Positions 57,658 through 64,000 of a DNA stretch of 64,000 nt are shown here, one piece after another. The notes under the pieces are model-generated. The model saw only the letters and a program-made list of their open reading frames with translations, had not been told where the DNA came from and did no database searches. The translations under genes were made by a program, and so were the position numbers. Origin of the DNA: Candidatus Latescibacterota bacterium (GTDB lineage Bacteria > Latescibacterota > UBA2968); NCBI GenBank assembly GCA_038279365.1, contig JAYODI010000022.1, positions 1 through 64,000 on the forward strand. Direction: 5' to 3'. Each line of letters opens with the position of its first letter. Position 1 is the first letter of the stretch.

Positions 57658-60361
57658 ACATCGAAACGCCGAGTAATCCACGAGCAAATTGAAAATCTGT
57701 ATTGCCTATGTTTGCAGATTTGGGTGTCACTTGCCGAGAAGCAACGGCAATGAGTGTATCGAGAAGGGTTTGGGTATTTTGATGAATGTTGTCCGTAAAA
57801 GCAAGATCATAGTCAAGATTAAATACTTGAAAGAGGTTGTCATGTGCAGCTATTTGAATCATAGGAACAAGAGGATGCCCTTGCATGGGATGCTCTCCCG
57901 TACAAGCTATGATGATTTCTGCTCCTGTGCCACCCAATCCCGTGAGGGTTTCAACCCAATGATCTGTTTGGGTTTCCATAATATAATAGCCTGCTTGTTT
58001 GGGTTGTTGGCCGTGTGCAAGTGATGCGGGCGGGGCGGTTGTTTTGCCAAACGTGGTAGTGGTATAAGGTGATTGTGATAAAAAAGTTGCGTTATCCGGC
58101 ACAATAAGTGTTGCGCCAGCCCCTACAATTTGGCAGGAAAATTGTGCCAAGCTTTCAGTTGCAGACTTTGGAAGAGGGCCTGTTGCATGTAATGCCACAC
58201 GAAGATTAGAAAGTGGCATCGCTATTTCTTGAGGGGCAGGTTCTGTTGACAATGTTTGTTCAAACCACGCCGTTACTTTTGTGAGCACTTGATCTATCCC
58301 CCCATCAAGTTGAACACTGGCCCAACCATATCCATCTGTGGAGAGCCCTCGATCTTGTAAGGCATGGCGCAGATAATCGTTGTGCGTTTTTTCACAACCG
58401 TGTTCGAGCAATAGTGCACTGTGAATAAGGGGGTGAGTTAAGTAACCGACCATGGTGCGTGTATAGAGACGCTCTGCGGTTTCACCTGCAACACCACAGC
58501 CTTCGGTGTGTGCAAGGCCAACAAATTTTGAAATGCCTTGTGTCTTGCCAATGCCTTTGGCAGTGAGGTGAGCCGCTGCCATGTTGGCAATTTGGCCCGA
58601 ACAAAGACTGGTAGGTAAAATGAGTCCAATGCGATTGGTGGTGGCGCGCCCACCCGAAGAAAGGGCTTGGTAGGTTAAGGTTTTTTCCATAGGCTGCGTT
58701 TGGATGACTATGGGAATGCCTTGGGGTTCTTGGGTAGATTGTATTTGAATGAGGTTGTCCGTGGATGTTTGTTGCCAAGCCCGCCAAATCGATACTTGGG
58801 CATGGCCTGCTTCTTCGCCTTTGCTGCGTTTGCCCGAGGCGATGTCACAGGTGAGTTCAAACATCGATTGCCCCAAATCATCCATTGATGTGCCATCTAA
58901 GTAGGCACCTGCATTGACATCCATATCTTTGCTGAGCAAGGTATAGCGCTCTGTGGTGGTTACGATTTTGATTGTGGGAACAAATGGAAAGTTGGTAATC
59001 GACCCATTGCCAGTAACAAAGAAAATCATATTGCATCCAGAGGCCACTTGTCCGGCAATGCTTTCTAAGTCATTGCCGGGACTGTCCATAAAATAATAAC
59101 CAGGTTCGTCCATTGGGGCGCCATAATCGATGACTTCGTCTAAGCGCACATCGGGGTGGCGTTTCATGGCCGCTCCAATAGATTTGAGCACAATGTTGTA
59201 AAGCCCGCGAAATTTATTACCGCCAGATGGGTTGCCTTCGGCACTTGTACCATGCCAAGAGGCCAGTGTTTTATAGCCTTCTACTTTGTTTAAAAAACGT
59301 TGTGCCACATCTGCACTTTTGCAGTTTTGCAACACATAAGGTTCTGCACCAATGAGTTCATCGGTTTCTGCTAAGTTGGCTGCACCTCCGTGGCGAATGA
59401 CTTCTCGAGCAACCCAAGATGCAAGGGGGTTGCCTGAAATACCTGAAAAAGCATCGGAACCACCGCATTGCAGGGCTATTTTGAGGTGAGACAAGGGTTG
59501 TGCGGAGCGTTTTGCGGCATTGACCTCATCAAGCCAATGATTTACAATGTCGGTGCCTTGATCCAGGCCATTTTGAAAACTGTCTTTTAAGGTCAGAAAA
59601 TGATGTGGCACATCTTTTAGGGCATAGCCATTTTGGGTCATATAATTTTGTAACATTTGATTGGTAATGGCTTCGGTGCCATAATCTACTGCCAACACGG
59701 CTCCCACATTGGGGTGTACCATAAAACCTGCTAAGGTGCGCAAGAGTAAGTCAATGTTGGTGGGCGGGTTTGTGCCTCCACCTTCTGTGTGGGCAATGGG
59801 CACGATGGCATCGATATTGGGATAGGCAGACAATTTGGGGGAGAGGCTTTGGCAAAGTGTTTTGGCAAAGCTTGCCGTTTGGGAAGATGTACCAATAATT
59901 ACAATGTCGTTTCGTGTGCCAACCCCGCGATTGTTGGGGCGTTTAAAACCTTGAAATGTGCCCATTTTGGCATAACGCGTAACCTGGGTTCCTGATTTAA
60001 AATGATCTTGATCCAATTCGTAAGGTACAATTCTGTCTTTGAAGTTGGGTTCGTTGGGCAGGTCAAAGGGAAGGTCTCTTAAACGGAGTGCGTCCAAAAT
60101 TTGAGGATTGCAAGCATAGTCACCCGGATGGATGGCGCGTGTGGCTACCCCAAAGGGCAAACCCCAAGAAAGCAAATAATCGCCCTCTGTGATGGGCGCA
60201 ATGGCAAAGCGATGTCCTTCCAGCAAATTGTGGGAGAGCGTGAAGATGTTGTCATGGTGTTTGATTTGGGTTCCGGCATTTAAGGGGCGGGTGGCAATGG
60301 CGACATTGTCGTTTGGCAAAGGCAATCGGGCAACCTCTGCAAATTGTTTTAGTACAGGCAT
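57656..60361 (-). CDS. UxaA/GarD-family dehydratase with internal duplication
   Basis: SAF domain (DNVAIA, GHRFA); GVGTRN; QCGGSDAFSG; ETDELIGAE; NPSGGN; DSPGND; VTGNG; second partial copy at the C-terminus. Confidence 0.9.
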   Translation of the reverse strand: MPVLKQFAEVARLPLPNDNVAIATRPLNAGTQIKHHDNIFTLSHNLLEGHRFAIAPITEGDYLLSWGLPFGVATRAIHPGDYACNPQILDALRLRDLPFDLPNEPNFKDRIVPYELDQDHFKSGTQVTRYAKMGTFQGFKRPNNRGVGTRNDIVIIGTSSQTASFAKTLCQSLSPKLSAYPNIDAIVPIAHTEGGGTNPPTNIDLLLRTLAGFMVHPNVGAVLAVDYGTEAITNQMLQNYMTQNGYALKDVPHHFLTLKDSFQNGLDQGTDIVNHWLDEVNAAKRSAQPLSHLKIALQCGGSDAFSGISGNPLASWVAREVIRHGGAANLAETDELIGAEPYVLQNCKSADVAQRFLNKVEGYKTLASWHGTSAEGNPSGGNKFRGLYNIVLKSIGAAMKRHPDVRLDEVIDYGAPMDEPGYYFMDSPGNDLESIAGQVASGCNMIFFVTGNGSITNFPFVPTIKIVTTTERYTLLSKDMDVNAGAYLDGTSMDDLGQSMFELTCDIASGKRSKGEEAGHAQVSIWRAWQQTSTDNLIQIQSTQEPQGIPIVIQTQPMEKTLTYQALSSGGRATTNRIGLILPTSLCSGQIANMAAAHLTAKGIGKTQGISKFVGLAHTEGCGVAGETAERLYTRTMVGYLTHPLIHSALLLEHGCEKTHNDYLRHALQDRGLSTDGYGWASVQLDGGIDQVLTKVTAWFEQTLSTEPAPQEIAMPLSNLRVALHATGPLPKSATESLAQFSCQIVGAGATLIVPDNATFLSQSPYTTTTFGKTTAPPASLAHGQQPKQAGYYIMETQTDHWVETLTGLGGTGAEIIIACTGEHPMQGHPLVPMIQIAAHDNLFQVFNLDYDLAFTDNIHQNTQTLLDTLIAVASRQVTPKSANIGNTDFQFARGLLGVSM

Positions 60362-60463
60362 AATGATGTCCCTAATAAAAGGTGAAATGTATGTTTCTGG
60401 AGGTTTCAGGTATAAGAAAATGCAAAAGGGATGTCAAGTCACTTGAAAAGTGACAAAAAGCAC

Positions 60464-60493
60464 TTGACATATGTACTTAATTTGGTTTATCTT
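60464..60493 (+). promoter_or_regulatory. putative sigma70 promoter of the metal regulator-feo operon
   Basis: TTGACA-18 bp-TATCTT. Confidence 0.5.
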
Positions 60494-60498
60494 CACAC

Positions 60499-60524
60499 CA
60501 GATGTTTTATTAGCAAAACATCTG
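60499..60524. promoter_or_regulatory. putative DtxR/MntR-family operator
   Basis: Perfect inverted repeat CAGATGTTTT-N6-AAAACATCTG at the predicted transcription start. Confidence 0.65.
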
Positions 60525-60542
60525 TATGAAAAGGGAGACGCG

Positions 60543-61061
60543 ATGTCTACGGAATTTTGGAAAGAATTTGAAAGCAATGAAATCTCTCATAGTGTCGCGC
60601 ACCATTTGGCCGCCATACATGAATTGATGCGTGATCAGGGTTATGCACGTGTTTCTGATGTTGCACGGGCACTAGATATTACCCGAGGCAGTGCTTCTTT
60701 AACGCTCAAAACACTTAAAGAAAAAGGTTTGGTGGTTGAAGATCATAATAAATTCCTAAAATTATCGGAAGTTGGTATTGGCATTGTGGATGGCATTTTG
60801 GGCAATCGGGCGATTGTTCGAAAATTTTTGTGTGACGTTTTAAAGTTAGATGAACAACAAGCAGAAATTGACGCATGTAAGGTGGAACATTTGTTGAGCC
60901 CCCAAACGGGTATTCAGTTGTTACATTTCGTAAAATTTTTGTTTTCATCAGATCCTGTTGCACAACAATTTTTGGCAGAATTTTGGGCGCGTTCAGAAGA
61001 CGACATTGTTTCTGGCGACCTTTTGGAATCTGTAGAAACATTTTTTGAATCGGAGAAATAA
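60543..61061 (+). CDS. DtxR/MntR family metal-dependent transcriptional regulator
   Basis: ARVSDVARAL HTH; DACKVEHLLS metal-binding helix. Confidence 0.9.
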   Translation: MSTEFWKEFESNEISHSVAHHLAAIHELMRDQGYARVSDVARALDITRGSASLTLKTLKEKGLVVEDHNKFLKLSEVGIGIVDGILGNRAIVRKFLCDVLKLDEQQAEIDACKVEHLLSPQTGIQLLHFVKFLFSSDPVAQQFLAEFWARSEDDIVSGDLLESVETFFESEK

Positions 61062-61064
61062 CGC

Positions 61065-61316
61065 GTGGACACGATGCAAATGATATCCAAGCAGATCCTG
61101 CCACTGACCACTTGGTTGGCCGGTGAAGAAGGTGTTATTGAAATGATCGAAGGTTCCCATCGTTTGGCTTTGCGCTTAAGAGAAGTTGGCGCAGTTCCTG
61201 GTGCGACTGTGCGGGTTTTGAGATCGGGGTGTCCACTGATTATACAGGTGGGTACCAGTCGTTTTTGTTTAAGAAACATTGATGCTGGGTGTATTCGAGG
61301 CAGGCGGGCAGCGTAA
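61065..61316 (+). CDS. feoA: ferrous iron transport protein A
   Basis: RLREVG..PG..V.V, PLII.V; directly upstream of feoB. Confidence 0.88.
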   Translation: MDTMQMISKQILPLTTWLAGEEGVIEMIEGSHRLALRLREVGAVPGATVRVLRSGCPLIIQVGTSRFCLRNIDAGCIRGRRAA

Positions 61317-61320
61317 ATTA

Positions 61321-63504
61321 ATGGCAGCAGGATTAGAACAACAAAAGAGCGTATCGACGGCAAAAGGTGCCGTTGCTTTGGTTGGCAATCCCAACACGGG
61401 GAAAACGACGCTGTTTAATGCTTTAACGGGCATGTCTCAGCGGGTGGCCAATTTTCCTGGTGTGACTGTTGAGCGCAAGTCTGGGCGCATGGTATTTTCA
61501 GATGGTGCTAACCGAGAAATAATTGATTTGCCTGGGGCCTATAGCTTGGCCGCGCAATCACCCGATGAGATGATTGCTGTAGAGGTTTTGTTGGGTCTTT
61601 TGGCCAACGAAACCCCCATAGAGGGCGTTATTGCCGTATTGGATGCCAGCAATTTAAAGCGCAATCTTTACCTTGTTTCACAATTGTTGGAACTCAATTT
61701 GCCCTTGGTGGTTGCCCTTAATATGTCCGATGTGGCACGTGTTAGGGGCATTCGTATTGATGTTTCAGCCTTAAGCCATCGCTTAGGGGGACCTGTTGTA
61801 CCTATTCAAGCCAATAGGCGTATTGGATTAGATGAATTAAAAGTGTCATTGGCCGGTGTTTTGTCTCATAAAAAGACAGAAGCGAATTTGTCGCTATATC
61901 CAGAGTCTTGGCGCAATGCGTTGCGCACTGCAGAAGATCAAGTGGATGGGGTTGCACCTGGTCTATTTGTGCGTGCCTTGGCCGATACCGATGGGGTTTT
62001 GACACAAAAATTGAGCGCTCGTTTTGGGGCATTATTTGACCGCGTGGTGTTGCAGTTGCGCACAGATTTAAGCCTGGGAGATTCTGTTGCTGACCGTGAA
62101 GTTGAGTTGCGGTATGCTTGGGTTAACCGTGTTTTAGATGGCGCGCTTCGCGACCCAGAACCCATGCGGGTCACACAATCGGATAAAATTGACCGTGTGG
62201 TGACGCATCGCGTGTGGGGCACCCTTATTTTTGCGGGTATCATGGGTGTGGTGTTTCAATCTATATTTGCTTGGGCTGGACCGCTCATGGATTTGATAGA
62301 TGAAAGCTTTGGGCAATTGGGCGATTGGGTTGCCTTGCAAATGCCTGAAGGCGCGCTTCAAAGTTTGGTGGTTGATGGTGTGATCGCGGGGGTTGGCGGG
62401 GTTGTCATCTTTTTGCCTCAAATTTGTATCTTATTTTTATTTATTTCGATATTAGAAGACTGTGGGTATATGGCGCGTGCCGCTTTTTTAATGGATCGCC
62501 TTCTCACGCGTTGTGGTTTGTCTGGTAAGTCTTTTATTCCTATGCTTTCAAGTTTTGCTTGCGCAGTTCCGGGTGTGATGGCTACGCGAACCATTGATGA
62601 TCGCAAAGACCGAATTGCAACCATGCTGGTGGCACCCTTGATGAGTTGTTCTGCGCGATTGCCCGTATACACCGTATTTATTGCGGCATTTATTCCCGAC
62701 AAAACATGGGCTGGGTTTGGTTTGCAAGGCATTACATTGTTTGTCATGTATGGGTTGGGTATTGTCATCGCTGTGCCTATTGCCTGGGGCGTAAAAAAGT
62801 TGCTCCTCAAAGGGGAAATCACGCCGTTTATTTTAGAATTACCCTCTTATAAAGTACCGGATTTGCGAACAGTGGTTATGCGCGTTTATCAAAGCGCAGG
62901 ACATTTTTTGGAGCGTGCAGGTACGCTTATTTTGGCTGCTACAATTGTGATGTGGGCATTGGCTTATTTTCCACGTCCTGAGGTCTTACTTGCCGAGCAA
63001 GAGCAACAACGGGTTGCCTTGCAGTCACAGGGGGCATCTGAAGCGTCTTTGGCCCAATTGGATGCCAAGTTGGCCAGTGAATTGGTTGCTCAGAGTTATT
63101 TGGGGACAATGGGAAAAGCCATTGAACCTGTTGTACGCCCTTTGGGTTGGGATTGGCGCATCGGCATGGCCACATTGGCATCTTTTCCTGCACGAGAAGT
63201 TATTGTGGCAGTTTTGGGCACTATTTATAGTTTGGGTGAAGTGGATGAGGGTTCTGTTTCGTTGCGTGAGGCATTGCAAAATGCAGTGTGGGCAGATGGG
63301 CGGCGTGTGTTTAATATTCCTGTGGCTTTGTCTGTAATGGTCTTTTTTGCACTGTGCGCGCAGTGTGTTTCGACGTTGGCTGTGATTCAGCGTGAAACAC
63401 AGTCTTGGCGGTGGCCTTTGTTTACTTTTTTTTATATGACCATTTTGGCCTATGTTGCATCATTGGTGACGTATCAGTTTGGTATGTTTCTTGGATGGGG
63501 GTAG
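61321..63504 (+). CDS. feoB: ferrous iron transport protein B
   Basis: GNPNTGKT, NFPGVTVE, DLPGAYS, NMSD, LEDCGY, CAVPG, MSCSAR, ELPSY. Confidence 0.96.
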   Translation: MAAGLEQQKSVSTAKGAVALVGNPNTGKTTLFNALTGMSQRVANFPGVTVERKSGRMVFSDGANREIIDLPGAYSLAAQSPDEMIAVEVLLGLLANETPIEGVIAVLDASNLKRNLYLVSQLLELNLPLVVALNMSDVARVRGIRIDVSALSHRLGGPVVPIQANRRIGLDELKVSLAGVLSHKKTEANLSLYPESWRNALRTAEDQVDGVAPGLFVRALADTDGVLTQKLSARFGALFDRVVLQLRTDLSLGDSVADREVELRYAWVNRVLDGALRDPEPMRVTQSDKIDRVVTHRVWGTLIFAGIMGVVFQSIFAWAGPLMDLIDESFGQLGDWVALQMPEGALQSLVVDGVIAGVGGVVIFLPQICILFLFISILEDCGYMARAAFLMDRLLTRCGLSGKSFIPMLSSFACAVPGVMATRTIDDRKDRIATMLVAPLMSCSARLPVYTVFIAAFIPDKTWAGFGLQGITLFVMYGLGIVIAVPIAWGVKKLLLKGEITPFILELPSYKVPDLRTVVMRVYQSAGHFLERAGTLILAATIVMWALAYFPRPEVLLAEQEQQRVALQSQGASEASLAQLDAKLASELVAQSYLGTMGKAIEPVVRPLGWDWRIGMATLASFPAREVIVAVLGTIYSLGEVDEGSVSLREALQNAVWADGRRVFNIPVALSVMVFFALCAQCVSTLAVIQRETQSWRWPLFTFFYMTILAYVASLVTYQFGMFLGWG

Positions 63505-63507
63505 CAG

Positions 63508-63675
63508 ATGGGCAGTTGGCAAGATTGGGTTGCCATTGTGATTGCTTTTTTGAGCGCATTTGTGGTATTACGCGATTTTATCGAGCCTTTTAGACACCCA
63601 AAAGGATGTGGCAGTTGTGGTGGGTGTGGCATTGGAAACAGCACTGTGCTTAAAATAGAGGCAAGTAAAAGATAG
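63508..63675 (+). CDS. FeoB-associated Cys-rich membrane protein (absent from the ORF track)
   Basis: 55 aa MGSWQDWVAIVIAFLSAFVVLRDFIEPFRHPKGCGSCGGCGIGNSTVLKIEASKR; starts 3 nt after the feoB stop. Confidence 0.8.
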   Translation: MGSWQDWVAIVIAFLSAFVVLRDFIEPFRHPKGCGSCGGCGIGNSTVLKIEASKR

Positions 63676-63808
63676 GCAGGTGTGTTAAAGATTCGTTTTT
63701 TATACTGAGATTCAGAAATAATTGTTTTGGGCTTTTTTAGAAAAAAGCCATTCATAGATTTTGTGACATGTTTTTTTGTTGAGGTTAACTCATAATATTG
63801 TAAGATGC

Positions 63809-63858
63809 AAGTGGTTCAATGTATTGTTTTTTAACACATTGAACCACTTTTGTTTTTT
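63809..63858 (+). terminator. stem-loop, possible terminator
   Basis: AAGTGGTTCAATGT/ACATTGAACCACTT followed by a T-rich tail. Confidence 0.55.
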
Positions 63859-64000
63859 GAGGAAAAGGTGGGATGTTGTTGGCGGTTTTAGTCTTTCTAA
63901 TGTTGCTGAGTTGCAAGATTAATTTTCCCTTGCCTTTAATCTGTCTTTGATTATTTTTTATGTGCTTAAGAAGCTATTTCTTCAGACAGTCAGCCCTGTC

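Overview
A 64-kb, gene-dense bacterial chromosomal segment of moderate GC, with a G/T-rich plus strand and many intrinsic terminators. I found no rRNA, tRNA, CRISPR array, integrase or transposase. Two DUF6785/DUF6784-like membrane proteins, several Gfo/Idh/MocA oxidoreductases, a double-length UvrA and an outer-membrane barrel suggest a diderm such as Ca. Latescibacterota or Poribacteria (inference only). Recognisable content: a sigma54 two-component system with envelope genes, a NitT/TauT ABC transporter, bactofilin, queC, an RND permease, an ABC-DUF1854 pair, an Ogg1-type glycosylase, an ABC-2 exporter, a DUF2283-type TA pair, sugar-acid catabolic genes, tandem uvrA, an orphan m6A methylase, SRAP, a duplicated UxaA, and a DtxR/MntR-feoA-feoB operon. 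Best novelty candidates: (1) a tandemly duplicated two-gene cassette of small membrane-anchored coiled-coil proteins beside bactofilin, with the second copy behind a near-consensus sigma54 promoter; (2) a GAF-(mini PepSY-TM, two His) fusion next to a cytochrome c' lipoprotein; (3) a UxaA whose two internal copies have lost complementary catalytic motifs; (4) a LecA-like lectin heading an ABC operon. All calls come from motif recognition by eye; no database searches were run.
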